Source: Bdellovibrionales bacterium
GTDB lineage: Bacteria; Bdellovibrionota; Bdellovibrionia; Bdellovibrionales; UBA1609
Direction: 5' to 3'
NCBI GenBank assembly: GCA_041690295.1
Contig: JAWLHR010000006.1
Span: forward strand, 32,001-96,000
DNA: 64,000 nucleotides
Below, piece after piece: positions 32,068 through 41,870 of the stretch (the first letter of the stretch is position 1; each line of letters begins with the position of its first letter). Position numbers and translations under genes: made by a program. The notes beneath the pieces were generated by a model, which saw only the letters and a program-made list of their open reading frames with translations, had not been told where the DNA came from and made no database searches.

Positions 32068-32091
32068 GCATCCTGATTTGGAACGGCCTAC
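32068..32091 (-). repeat. REP element (right flank of RAYT)
   Basis: Exact reverse complement of 31262..31285. Confidence 0.9.
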
Positions 32092-32092
32092 C

Positions 32093-32419
32093 TTATACGC
32101 CGAAAGATGTGCCGCAGCCGCAGGTTTTGGTGGCGTTGGGATTGGTGAAAATGAAGCCCTTGCCGTTAAGGCCGCCTTCGTAATCGAGTTGAAGACCGAC
32201 AAGGTACAAAAAGCTTTGACCATCCACGACGATTTTCGCGCCGTTGGATTCAAAGACCTTATCGTTTTCTTTCACGACGGTATCGAATTCCATTTTGTAC
32301 GAGAATCCGGAGCAGCCGCCGCGCTTCACTTGCACGCGCAGAAAAGAGTCGGGCGCCGCCTGGTCTTCAATCTTCAGGGCTTGGATTTTTTTAGCTGCGG
32401 ATTCAGACACCGAAATCAT
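32093..32419 (-). CDS. iscA: A-type Fe-S carrier (IscA/HesB family)
   Basis: GGCSGFSY, NPNA..TCGCGTSF. Confidence 0.92.
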   Translation of the reverse strand: MISVSESAAKKIQALKIEDQAAPDSFLRVQVKRGGCSGFSYKMEFDTVVKENDKVFESNGAKIVVDGQSFLYLVGLQLDYEGGLNGKGFIFTNPNATKTCGCGTSFGV

Positions 32420-32465
32420 AGGACCATTATATATCACAGACGCTGAAGAGTCTAAAGCAAGCGGA

Positions 32466-33629
32466 CTAATGATAGAATTTCCCAAGCATTTTCAATAACT
32501 TATCTATGACCACTTCGATCTCGTCCGCGGTCGTGAAGCGGCCCAACCCGAGGCGCAATGTGGACCTGGCCAAGGCATCGCTCACACCCATGGCCCGCAA
32601 AACATGACTGGGCTTGGGATTGGCCGAATTGCACGCGGAACCCGAACTGAAGGCGATTCCGGAAAGCTCCAGCGCCATATCATCGGCATGGATGTCGGGA
32701 AAGGACATGCTGAGATTGTTGCAAAGACGTTTTTCCCGTGAACCGTTGATCTTCACTTTTGGGAACTGATCTTCAACAACATTGAAGATCCGATTGCGCC
32801 AGGAGGTTAATCGCTCACATTCTTCCGTCATCACCTCGCGTGCCACCGCACAGGCTTCACCAAGACCAACAATGCCCGGCACATTCAAGGTGCCGGGTCG
32901 GAGTTTATTCTCCTGATCTCCACCAAATAAAATAGGTTTAAGTTCGAAATCCCGATTCAAAGTGCGGATGATCAAAGCGCCGACGCCTTTGGGGCCATAA
33001 AGTTTATGGCCCGAAACCGACACCATATCGGCGCGGACTTTTTGCAAATCCAAAGGAATTTTTCCCACGGCCTGCGCGGCATCAGCGTGAAAGATCAGTC
33101 CCTTCTCGCGGCAGACTTCGCCGATTTCCTCGAAGGGTTGAATGGTTCCGACTTCATTATTGGCGACCATGATCGAGACCATCACTGTATTCGGGCGAAT
33201 GGCCTTGCGCAGATCCTCGATCCGGATCATGCCATCCGCATCGACCGGAAGAACAGTGACCTCCGCATCCCATTCCTGGGCGGCTTCCGCCACTTCCAAA
33301 ACCGCTTTGTGCTCGGTGCTTTGGGTGATAATATGCGGTTTTTGTTTACACAATCGGCGGACGACGCCAAGAATGGCCAGATTGTTGCTCTCTGTCGCGC
33401 CTGAGGTCCACATCACGTCCGCGGCCCGGCAATTCAAGAGGCCAGCCACCTGTTCCCGCGCTTTTTTAACCGCCGATTGCGCTTTCCACCCGTAGGCGTG
33501 TGAAGCGGACGAAGCGTTGCCGAACTCCTGCTCCAGATAAGGTTGCATTGCGGCTCGGACGCGGGGATCAAGCGGGGTGGTGGCATTGTGGTCCATGTAG
33601 ATCGGCATGGACAGAGGTTTTGGCGTCAT
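32466..33629 (-). CDS. iscS: Cysteine desulfurase (IscS family)
   Basis: YMDHNATTP, TSGATESNN, SGHKLYGPKG, SSGSAC. Start may be 33608. Confidence 0.93.
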   Translation of the reverse strand: MTPKPLSMPIYMDHNATTPLDPRVRAAMQPYLEQEFGNASSASHAYGWKAQSAVKKAREQVAGLLNCRAADVMWTSGATESNNLAILGVVRRLCKQKPHIITQSTEHKAVLEVAEAAQEWDAEVTVLPVDADGMIRIEDLRKAIRPNTVMVSIMVANNEVGTIQPFEEIGEVCREKGLIFHADAAQAVGKIPLDLQKVRADMVSVSGHKLYGPKGVGALIIRTLNRDFELKPILFGGDQENKLRPGTLNVPGIVGLGEACAVAREVMTEECERLTSWRNRIFNVVEDQFPKVKINGSREKRLCNNLSMSFPDIHADDMALELSGIAFSSGSACNSANPKPSHVLRAMGVSDALARSTLRLGLGRFTTADEIEVVIDKLLKMLGKFYH

Positions 33630-33643
33630 GGGACACTAGTTTT

Positions 33644-35764
33644 ATGGCAAAGATGTTGAAATTCAACCGCTATTTCACCCGGCCCGGACACGATGTGTTG
33701 GGTCAGGCCGAGCGCAAAAAAATCGCCATCAAGGGATTTGACGGTCCCATTGAAGCGCCGATGCGCTGGTCGCAGACGGCGGTGGAGGTCGCGGCGCAGA
33801 AGTATTTTCGCAAGCGCGGCGTCGGGCCCCATGCGGGCAGCGAGACAAGCGTCTTCCAACTTCTTCACCGGGTGGTGGAGTCGATCGCGCGCGCCGGAGC
33901 CTGGCAAGGTTACTTCAACGATTCCGCCACGGAACAAGCCTTCAAAGATGAATTGTCCCATATCCTGCTTCATCAAATGGGATCGTTCAACTCTCCGGTT
34001 TACTTCAATGTCGGAATTTTTCCCGAATACCAGATCGCGGGACATGGCGAGAATTATTATTTCGATCGCACGAGCGAAAAGGTGCTCGAATTGAACACAG
34101 CTTATGTCCATCCGCAGGCTTCCGCGTGTTTCATCCAAAGCGTGAAGGATGACCTGGTCAGCATTTTCGATCTTCTGAAAAGCGAAGCCAAACTTTTTAA
34201 GTATGGTTCCGGAACCGGAACGAACTTTTCCAGTTTGCGCGCGAAAGGCGAACCACTTGAAGGTGGCGGAGAGTCCACCGGTTTGATCTCCTACTTGGAG
34301 ATTTTCGATAAAGCCGCGCAAGCCATTAAATCCGGCGGCACCACGAGACGCGCGGCCAAGATGGTGGTGGTCGATGCCGATCATCCTGAAATTCTCGAGT
34401 TCATCCGTTGGAAGATGGATGAGGAGCGAAAGGCCCGCGTACTGATGGCGGCGGGATTTTCAGGTGGAATGGACGGCGAGGCCTTTCGATCCGTTTCAGG
34501 ACAGAATTCCAACAATTCCGTGCGAGTGACCGATGAATTCATGAAGCGAGTGCGGGAGAACGGGGATTGGCAGCTTCGTGCCCGTCGCGGCGGCCATGTC
34601 ACCGCGACGATTCCAGCCGCTCAGCTCTGGCAAGAGATCGCGCGCGCGGCGTGGGAGTGTGCGGATCCAGGACTTCAATTCCATGACACCATTCAAAGGT
34701 GGCATTTCTGCCCGCGTTCCGGGCCGATTCGAGCCAGCAATCCGTGCAGTGAATTCATGTTCCTTGACGACTCCGCTTGTAATCTGGCGTCTATCAATCT
34801 GGTTAAGTTCATGGGGCCGGATGGCTTTGACTGGAAGGCCTTCGCGCAGACGGTCCGAATCCTTTTGATCGCGCAAGATATTTTGGTGGATTATGCGTCC
34901 TATCCGACGGCGGACATCGCCAGGAACTCCCATCACTTTCGGCCGCTCGGACTGGGCTACGCCAATCTTGGCGGGTTGCTCATGCGGCTGGGGATTCCCT
35001 ATGAAAGCGAAGAGGCCATTTTGTGGACACAGAAAATCACCGCTGGCCTGCATGCGTTGGCTTTGGAAGTGTCCCAAGACCTGGCCGAAGCCTTTGGCCC
35101 GTTCGCCGGATGGGACTTGAATCGGGCGGCTGGACTTGAAGTGATCGATCGCCATTTCCAAGCCTGGCGGGAAACGCGACAGAGCGTCCCCTTAATCGAT
35201 GAGACGTTCCAATCCGTCTTGAAGCGAGCGCCCAACACGGGTTTTCGCAACGCCCAAGTCACCTTGATCGCCCCCACGGGAACCATCGGTTTATTCATGG
35301 ATTGCGACACCCTCGGCATAGAACCCGAATTTTCGCTGGTCAAAACCAAAACCTTGGCGGGTGGCGGGGCGCTCCGAATGCAGAATCGGGCTTTGCACGA
35401 AAGCTTGCTGCGCCTTGGATACACGGGAAGTGAGATTGCAGAAATTGAAAGATACGTGTCGGAGAAGGGGACTGTGGCGGGCGCGCCACAGTTTAAGCGC
35501 GAGCACCTGAAGATTTTCGACACAGCCATTGCTCCCAAGGACTGCCCGGAGCGGCGGGTGACGGCCATGGGGCATTTAAAGATTATGGCGGCCGCGCAAC
35601 CTTTTTTGAGCGGCGCGATCTCAAAGACGGTGAATCTGCCCCAATCCACCACGATCGAAGAAATCAAATCCGTCTACGAGCAGGCTTGGCAAATGGGCTT
35701 GAAATCGGTGGCCGTTTATCGCGACGGCAGCAAGTCCGTTCAGCCTTTGTGCGCGGAATGTTGA
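33644..35764 (+). CDS. nrdJ: Adenosylcobalamin-dependent (class II) ribonucleotide reductase
   Basis: FNSPV, SACFI, GGTTRRAAKM, SNPCSE, CNLASIN, IAPTGT, ISKTVN, VYRDGSK. Confidence 0.92.
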   Translation: MAKMLKFNRYFTRPGHDVLGQAERKKIAIKGFDGPIEAPMRWSQTAVEVAAQKYFRKRGVGPHAGSETSVFQLLHRVVESIARAGAWQGYFNDSATEQAFKDELSHILLHQMGSFNSPVYFNVGIFPEYQIAGHGENYYFDRTSEKVLELNTAYVHPQASACFIQSVKDDLVSIFDLLKSEAKLFKYGSGTGTNFSSLRAKGEPLEGGGESTGLISYLEIFDKAAQAIKSGGTTRRAAKMVVVDADHPEILEFIRWKMDEERKARVLMAAGFSGGMDGEAFRSVSGQNSNNSVRVTDEFMKRVRENGDWQLRARRGGHVTATIPAAQLWQEIARAAWECADPGLQFHDTIQRWHFCPRSGPIRASNPCSEFMFLDDSACNLASINLVKFMGPDGFDWKAFAQTVRILLIAQDILVDYASYPTADIARNSHHFRPLGLGYANLGGLLMRLGIPYESEEAILWTQKITAGLHALALEVSQDLAEAFGPFAGWDLNRAAGLEVIDRHFQAWRETRQSVPLIDETFQSVLKRAPNTGFRNAQVTLIAPTGTIGLFMDCDTLGIEPEFSLVKTKTLAGGGALRMQNRALHESLLRLGYTGSEIAEIERYVSEKGTVAGAPQFKREHLKIFDTAIAPKDCPERRVTAMGHLKIMAAAQPFLSGAISKTVNLPQSTTIEEIKSVYEQAWQMGLKSVAVYRDGSKSVQPLCAEC

Positions 35765-35805
35765 GCTTGCTCGCGGGCCTGGCGCTGAGTTAACGTTCTG
35801 AAACT

Positions 35806-37008
35806 ATGTCTGAATGGCGATCCTATGATTTGTGGAACCCGACGGAAGAGCACGCTTTGCTCCGCCAAACCGTGCGCGATTTTGTCAATTCCGAAGTGGA
35901 ACCTCAGGCCGCGGAGTTCGACCGTAAGGAACAGTTCAATCTTCCGTTATTCCGCCGTTTAGGTGAGTTGGGCTTGCTTGGCATCACGGTGGATGAAGCC
36001 TATGGCGGATCGGCCATGGACGCGGTGGCCGCTGTGATCGCCCACGAAGAGATCTCGGCCAGCGATCCGGGATTTTGCCTGGCCTATCTGGCCCATGCCG
36101 TACTGTGCGCCAACAACATCAACGCCAATGCCAGCGACGAACAAAAAAAGCGATGGCTCCCCAAACTCTGTAGCGGTGAATGGGTGGGGGCGATGGCCAT
36201 GTCGGAACCTCATGTGGGGACCGATGTCCTCGGCATGAAAACCACCGCCGTCAAAAAGGGATCCAATTATATTTTGAACGGCCGGAAAATGTGGATCACC
36301 AACGGCACCGTGGATGAAAACGGAACGCCTTGTGATTGTGTTCTGGTTTACGCCAAATCCGGAAATGACGGTAAAGGCTCGATTTCCACTTTCATCGTTG
36401 AAAAAGGCGCCAAGGGATTTTCAGTCGGCCAGAAAATCAAAGACAAACTGGGTATGCGCGGATCCAATACGGCCGAACTCGTATTTCAAGATTGTGAAGT
36501 TCCCGTTGAGAACCTCATCGGCCGCGAGGGTGATTCGCTCTTGCATATGATGCGCAATCTGGAATTTGAACGGTTGACCTTGGCGGCGATGAGTATCGGC
36601 ATGGCCCGGCGCTGTCTGCAGATCATGAGTAAGTATGCCGGCGAAAGGGAAGCCTTCGGCCGACCGATCGCGGACTTCGGTCAGGTGCAAAAAATGATCG
36701 CCGAAAGCTACGCGGAGTTTCGGGCCGCCAAAGCCTATGTTTATGAAACCGCCCGCCGGATGCGACTGGATAAGCAGGGGCAACGGCTGGATTCCGATGG
36801 CGTGAAACTTGTGGCCGCCACCATGGCCAAGAATGTGGCTGATCGGGCCATTCAAGTGCTCGGCGGCTATGGCTACGTTGGCGAGTATGTGGTCGAGCGG
36901 CTGTGGCGGGACGCCAAACTGATTGAAATCGGTGGCGGAACGCTCGAGGCCCATCAAAAAAATATCACCCGCGATTTAGGTCGCGCGGATCTCAATCAAG
37001 TGCTTTGA
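35806..37008 (+). CDS. Acyl-CoA dehydrogenase (isovaleryl-CoA dehydrogenase-like)
   Basis: AMSEP, KMWITNG, KLGMRGSNT, GGYGY, RDAKL.EIGGGT. Confidence 0.9.
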   Translation: MSEWRSYDLWNPTEEHALLRQTVRDFVNSEVEPQAAEFDRKEQFNLPLFRRLGELGLLGITVDEAYGGSAMDAVAAVIAHEEISASDPGFCLAYLAHAVLCANNINANASDEQKKRWLPKLCSGEWVGAMAMSEPHVGTDVLGMKTTAVKKGSNYILNGRKMWITNGTVDENGTPCDCVLVYAKSGNDGKGSISTFIVEKGAKGFSVGQKIKDKLGMRGSNTAELVFQDCEVPVENLIGREGDSLLHMMRNLEFERLTLAAMSIGMARRCLQIMSKYAGEREAFGRPIADFGQVQKMIAESYAEFRAAKAYVYETARRMRLDKQGQRLDSDGVKLVAATMAKNVADRAIQVLGGYGYVGEYVVERLWRDAKLIEIGGGTLEAHQKNITRDLGRADLNQVL

Positions 37009-37823
37009 ACCGGCTCACGGGGAATGAGGTCGCCTAGACGACGGCCATGGCGGGCGAAGCCGCGAGCCAGAATTTCTTCTTTTTTCGCCAACACTTCCCT
37101 GACGTGATCCCGTTCCTTCTCGCTGATGTGGGGGTTGGATAGCTGCTCGCGAAGGCTCAGGCAGCGAAAGTAATCCATGGCCACGAATCGCCGGGAAAGT
37201 TGATCTCCATGCCCACCGTATTTCCGAAGTATCGGAGAAGGAACAAAACCGATTTCATGTCGGCTAGAGATCTTGAGCCATAAATCGTAGTCTTCACAAA
37301 CCGGAAAATCTTCGCGAAAGCCATCGGCCTCGACAAAAATTTCGCGCGATAAAATCACCGCCGACGGTGAGACACAACAAAGGTCCGCGCACCGGGTGAA
37401 AATTCGCCCGCCGCTTTTGGCGTGCTTTTTCATCGGGTTCACACGCACGCCGTTTCGGATCCAGATCTCTTCTCCGTGGACCCATTTGAATTCGGAGAGG
37501 AGCGGCCATTGAGTTGATAATTTATTCGGCAACCACTCATCATCCGAATCCAGAAAAGCCAGCCAATCCCCTTGGGCGATTTGAACGCCGAGATTACGTG
37601 CGGCGCTCACGCCGCGATTCTCTGTCCGGACATATTGATATCGTGATTGAACTCCAGCATCCGCGGCCCATCGGCTCACGCGCTCTCTGGTGTCGTCCGT
37701 TGAGCCATCGTCAACAACCACCATCTCCCAAGCCGAGTGGGATTGGTTGATGACGGACTCCAAGGCTCTTAATAGAGTTTGTGCACGATTATAGGTGGGA
37801 ACGATCACGGAAATCAGAGCCAT
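36996..37823 (-). CDS. GT2 glycosyltransferase
   Basis: ISVIVPTYNR, VVDDGSTD, FLDSDD, EDYDLW. Confidence 0.92.
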   Translation of the reverse strand: MALISVIVPTYNRAQTLLRALESVINQSHSAWEMVVVDDGSTDDTRERVSRWAADAGVQSRYQYVRTENRGVSAARNLGVQIAQGDWLAFLDSDDEWLPNKLSTQWPLLSEFKWVHGEEIWIRNGVRVNPMKKHAKSGGRIFTRCADLCCVSPSAVILSREIFVEADGFREDFPVCEDYDLWLKISSRHEIGFVPSPILRKYGGHGDQLSRRFVAMDYFRCLSLREQLSNPHISEKERDHVREVLAKKEEILARGFARHGRRLGDLIPREPVQST

Positions 37824-37906
37824 TTCGGGCCTTTGTAAGATTTCAAAACCGATCTGTCCACAAGATTGCCGCTTGCATTTAAATCGATGTTTGTTAAGAG
37901 AAAAAT

Positions 37907-38848
37907 ATGTGGTTTGAGGGCACTGAAAAAAAGTTTGAATTGGTGGCAACAGAGGCGCGGTTTCTCTCCCTCGGCGCGGATTTTTGGCGGAAATGCGTGC
38001 GGCTCGCGGGCGCGCAAATTCTGTCGGAGATCCGCAACGAGAAGATGGTCGCCTATTTGCTTTCGGAGTCGAGCTTGTTTGTCTGGGACGACCGGATCAC
38101 CATGATCACCTGTGGCCGCACGAGCTTGGTCAAATCCGCCTGTTTTTTACTCGATCACTTGGGCCCGGAAAATGTCGATTTTCTGACCTTCGAACGGAAG
38201 AACGAATACTATCCCCACCAGCAGAAAACTGATTTTTTAAAAGACGTGGCCATTTTGCAGACCAAGCTCAAAGGCAAGGCCTACCGGTTCGGTTCGCCGG
38301 ATGAGCATCATCTCTTTCTCTACCATGCGGAAAAGCCGGATTTCAGGCCCGACAGCTCCGACTGCACACTTGAGGTCCTGCTTTATAATCTTCAAGGCCC
38401 GGCGCGGGAATTGTTCAGCGGCCCTCAATCACTGGGCCGCACTCGGTCGCTCACTTGCATGGAAAGCATCTTTCCGGGCTTCCAAATCGATGATCATCTT
38501 TTTGAACCATGTGGTTATTCGGCCAATGCCATTCGCGAGCATGAGTACTACACGATTCACGTCACGCCGGAAGAAAACGGATCCTATGTCAGCTTCGAAA
38601 CCAATGTGCGCCTCGGCGACAGGCTCGTGCCCACATTGAGAAGCGTGATTGAACTTTTTCAGCCCGCTTCATTCGACGTGATTTATTTTCATCCGGCCAA
38701 GGAATTGGGCGCGTTCGAATTGAATCCGTTCATCCAACGCCACTACGTACGCCAAAGTTTGAGCTGCGGTTTTGAGGTGGGATTTTCAACTTACTATCTG
38801 AAGTCCAAGGAACCGATGCTTGCGGTTCCGCTTGAGGATGTCCCATGA
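37907..38848 (+). CDS. speD: S-adenosylmethionine decarboxylase proenzyme, eukaryote-like (class 2)
   Basis: FEGTEKK, YLLSESS (autocleavage site), TCG, FEPCGYSAN, TIHVTPE, SFETN; coupled to speE. Confidence 0.9.
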   Translation: MWFEGTEKKFELVATEARFLSLGADFWRKCVRLAGAQILSEIRNEKMVAYLLSESSLFVWDDRITMITCGRTSLVKSACFLLDHLGPENVDFLTFERKNEYYPHQQKTDFLKDVAILQTKLKGKAYRFGSPDEHHLFLYHAEKPDFRPDSSDCTLEVLLYNLQGPARELFSGPQSLGRTRSLTCMESIFPGFQIDDHLFEPCGYSANAIREHEYYTIHVTPEENGSYVSFETNVRLGDRLVPTLRSVIELFQPASFDVIYFHPAKELGAFELNPFIQRHYVRQSLSCGFEVGFSTYYLKSKEPMLAVPLEDVP

Positions 38849-39681
38849 GCCGGTGGATCGAAGAGAATTATAAAGAGGGGCTCAATTTCCGCTTGGGACT
38901 CAAAGAAAAACTTTTTTCCGCCCAATCACCATTTCAGAAAGTGGAAGTGTTCGAGAGTTCCCATCACGGTCGGGTTCTGATGAACGACGGTTGCTTCATG
39001 CTCTCGGAGCGGGATGAGTCCATCTATCACGAAATGATGGCCCATGTGCCGTTACATGTTCATCCGAATCCTCGATCCGTGTTGATCATCGGTGGCGGCG
39101 ATGGCGGTACCGCCCGCGAAGTCTTGCGCCATCCGAGCGTTGAAAAATGCACGCTGGTTGAAATCGACGAAATGGTGGTTGAGGCTTGCCGCAAGTTCAT
39201 CCCGAAAACGGGAAAGATTTTTGATCATCCCAAAATGGAATTGCACATCGACGACGGCGTGAAATTCGTCCAACAAACCGATCAGAAGTTTGATGTGATT
39301 ATGATTGATAGCACGGATCCCGTGGGCGCGGCCCAACCTCTGTTCGGGGCAGAGTTTTATTCGAACGTGGCCGATCATTTAAATCGCGATGGCATCGTGA
39401 TCGCCCAAGGGGAGAGCGTGTTTTATGAAAGTGAAATGCAGGCGAAGCTCCTCTCCATCGTGAATCCGCGATTTGAGTGGACGACTTACTTTAATTTCAC
39501 CAATATGACCTATCCTGGCGGATTGTGGTCCTTCCTTTGGGCGTCAAACGGCCGTCATCCCATGCGGGATCAGCGCGACTGTGAACTGGATTGTTTTTAC
39601 TATAATTCGGAAATACATCGCGCGGCTTTCGCTCTGCCCAGCTTTCAAAAGCAGAATTTGCGCAAATGGATCAAGATATAG
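38845..39681 (+). CDS. speE: Spermidine synthase
   Basis: YHEMMAH, IGGGDGG, VEID, DSTDP, TYPGG.W. Confidence 0.95.
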   Translation: MSRWIEENYKEGLNFRLGLKEKLFSAQSPFQKVEVFESSHHGRVLMNDGCFMLSERDESIYHEMMAHVPLHVHPNPRSVLIIGGGDGGTAREVLRHPSVEKCTLVEIDEMVVEACRKFIPKTGKIFDHPKMELHIDDGVKFVQQTDQKFDVIMIDSTDPVGAAQPLFGAEFYSNVADHLNRDGIVIAQGESVFYESEMQAKLLSIVNPRFEWTTYFNFTNMTYPGGLWSFLWASNGRHPMRDQRDCELDCFYYNSEIHRAAFALPSFQKQNLRKWIKI

Positions 39682-40385
39682 ATTTCAGTCGGCATCGTCT
39701 CAGCTGGACGGATCCGATCCGGGTGGGGAATTCCCAATTTCCGGTGGACCATATTCTGGCGCGGCTTGGGCCCATGCTGACCGAAGAGCGCAAAAAACGG
39801 TTGGACGAGGTTGTGGCGGCCCGCTCATTAAAAGTGCTTCCGGTTTTAGAGAATATCTATGACCGGGGGAACGTGAGTGCGGTTATGCGATCGGCCGAGG
39901 CCTTTGGATTCTTTCGCATGCATCTGATCGACCTGCCGGGCGCCAAATTCAAGGCCGCCAACCGGGTGACCAAGGGGGCCGAGAAGTGGCTTGATATTAG
40001 AGCGCACAGTTCGCCCCGGGAGTCCGTGGAACAACTGCGCGCCGAGGGTTATCGGGTCTGGGCCACCGATCTGAATACGGAGCACTCCATCGACGACTTG
40101 GATTGGACCGGGCCCGTCGCCATTGTCCTTGGCAACGAGCGCGACGGGGTATCAAAAGAAATGTTGGACCTTGTGGACGGCCGCTTCCGCATTCCCATGG
40201 TGGGATTTTCACAAAGTTTTAATATTTCCGTGGCCGCGGCTCTGATCTTTTATCACGCCCATTTGAAACTCAAGGAGCTTCCGGATAAGGGCGTGCTTGA
40301 TCAGGCGCAATTTCGCCAAGTTCTCGCTAATTACTATCTGCGCTGTTTTGATAATCCCGAAAAACTACTAGAACTGCCCCACTAG
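39666..40385 (+). CDS. trmH: SpoU/TrmH family RNA 2'-O-methyltransferase
   Basis: NVSAVMRSAEAFG, LGNE..G, IPM.G..QSFNISVA. Confidence 0.85.
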   Translation: MDQDIDFSRHRLSWTDPIRVGNSQFPVDHILARLGPMLTEERKKRLDEVVAARSLKVLPVLENIYDRGNVSAVMRSAEAFGFFRMHLIDLPGAKFKAANRVTKGAEKWLDIRAHSSPRESVEQLRAEGYRVWATDLNTEHSIDDLDWTGPVAIVLGNERDGVSKEMLDLVDGRFRIPMVGFSQSFNISVAAALIFYHAHLKLKELPDKGVLDQAQFRQVLANYYLRCFDNPEKLLELPH

Positions 40386-41338
40386 CCTGCAGAAAATCCT
40401 GGCGAGAATTTTGCCCTTAACCACAGGGCATGCGACCAAGTTGCCCCTATTGTCATTCATCACAAGAATTGTCCGATCGCCGGATGCGTATTCTAAAAGC
40501 CGGATTCTTCCGCCGAACATCCGACGGAAAAAGAGTGCGAAGATTTTATTGCGTTAGCTGCTCTAGATACTTTTCTTATGCCACCTTTCACCCCTGCTTT
40601 AGGCAAAAAAAGCGTCACCTCAATCATCGTATCAACAAACTATTAGCTTCAAGCGTATCTCAGCGCCGAATCGCAAAATTACTCCATATCTCCCGAACCA
40701 CGGTTGAACGAAAGTTTCTTTTTCTTGGCCAAAAAGCAGTGCATGAACTTGAACATCAAAACAAATCCAGTCCCCTGGCCACTGTTGTTGAATTTGATGA
40801 GCTTGAAACCTTCGAGCACACAAAGTGTAAACCGCTTTCCGTTCCACTAGCCGTTGAATCAAAGACCAGAAGAATATTAAGTTTTCAAGTGGCCCAGATG
40901 CCGGCCAAAGGAAAGCTCGCCCGCATTTCTCGAAAGAAATATGGCCCAAGACCGGATTTCAGGCCGAAAGCATTGAGTGAGCTTTGTGAGAGTTTAAAAC
41001 CACTCACCACACCTGATGTACATTTCAAATCCGATCAAAACCCAATGTATCCAGAAATTCTAAGACGTCACTTTCCTTTAAATTCGCATGAGCGGTTCAA
41101 AGGGCAAAGAGGTTCGATTGTCGGACAGGGGGAATTGAAGAAGATCCGATTTGATCCACTTTTTAGCTTGAATCACACGTGTGCGATGCTTCGAGCCAAT
41201 ATTAATCGCTTGGTGCGGAAGACTTGGTGCACAACGAAAATTCCTAATAGATTGCGCCTTCATCTCGCCATCTATGCGGTTTATCACAACAATATGATTC
41301 GTGCGGGGCCATTAGCTGCAGGCTAGTGGGGCAGTTCT
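40370..41338 (+). mobile_element. IS1-like element or domesticated transposase locus bounded by perfect 23-bp inverted repeats
   Basis: AGAACTGCCCCACTAGCCTGCAG at 40370..40392 and its exact reverse complement at 41316..41338; no target-site duplication seen. Confidence 0.75.
40430..41326 (+). CDS. IS1-like transposase (Zn ribbon, HTH, RNase H-fold core)
   Basis: CPYC...CVSC, HTH (SQRRIAKLLHISRTTV), VEFDE, FKSD...Y, LNHTCAMLR...RL.RKT...K resembling the IS1 InsB C-terminus. Confidence 0.8.
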   Translation: MRPSCPYCHSSQELSDRRMRILKAGFFRRTSDGKRVRRFYCVSCSRYFSYATFHPCFRQKKRHLNHRINKLLASSVSQRRIAKLLHISRTTVERKFLFLGQKAVHELEHQNKSSPLATVVEFDELETFEHTKCKPLSVPLAVESKTRRILSFQVAQMPAKGKLARISRKKYGPRPDFRPKALSELCESLKPLTTPDVHFKSDQNPMYPEILRRHFPLNSHERFKGQRGSIVGQGELKKIRFDPLFSLNHTCAMLRANINRLVRKTWCTTKIPNRLRLHLAIYAVYHNNMIRAGPLAAG

Positions 41339-41339
41339 T

Positions 41340-41870
41340 TTAGTTTGAAACTGTTTTGTTGAGTTCTTTTTGATTCTGTTCGCGTTTGGCGCGAAGTTGC
41401 TTCAGTTCGCGCGCCAGTTGTCCACGCTCGAACTCCTGTGAAGCTTGATCCAGTTTTTCGGTCATGAGGTCGATTTTGGTGTCGAGATTTTTATTTTCGA
41501 TTTCCAATGCGCGGGCCCGTTGCCCTTTGCGGTAACCGCTTAAGAACGCCGGTTCCAGTTGAGAGGGGCAAACATACATGTAGGTGATTCCCATGCGGCC
41601 CAGTTCAAAGCCGTTTTCCGAGGTGCAATACTCGACCAGTCCAGCATTTCGGCCATTGGCGTACATGGATTCCCAGTCGGGGCGCAAGCGGCGGCAATCG
41701 CTGGAATACTTTGAAAGTTGATCGTTGGTTGAACCCTGAGCGCCGTCGTGACGGCCCAGTTCATACCAATCACGTTGATCGCAGCCCGCGCGGTCAACGG
41801 ATTTCGATGCACAAGCCGAAAGGCTTATTGCGATCGCGATTAACGAAAAAACTCTCAATCCCATACCCAT
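41340..41870 (-). CDS. DUF2799-like lipoprotein
   Basis: LSAC lipobox; C..DWYELG..DG..G, G...GL.EYC...NG...G, Y..VCP; coiled-coil tail. Confidence 0.82.
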   Translation of the reverse strand: MGMGLRVFSLIAIAISLSACASKSVDRAGCDQRDWYELGRHDGAQGSTNDQLSKYSSDCRRLRPDWESMYANGRNAGLVEYCTSENGFELGRMGITYMYVCPSQLEPAFLSGYRKGQRARALEIENKNLDTKIDLMTEKLDQASQEFERGQLARELKQLRAKREQNQKELNKTVSN

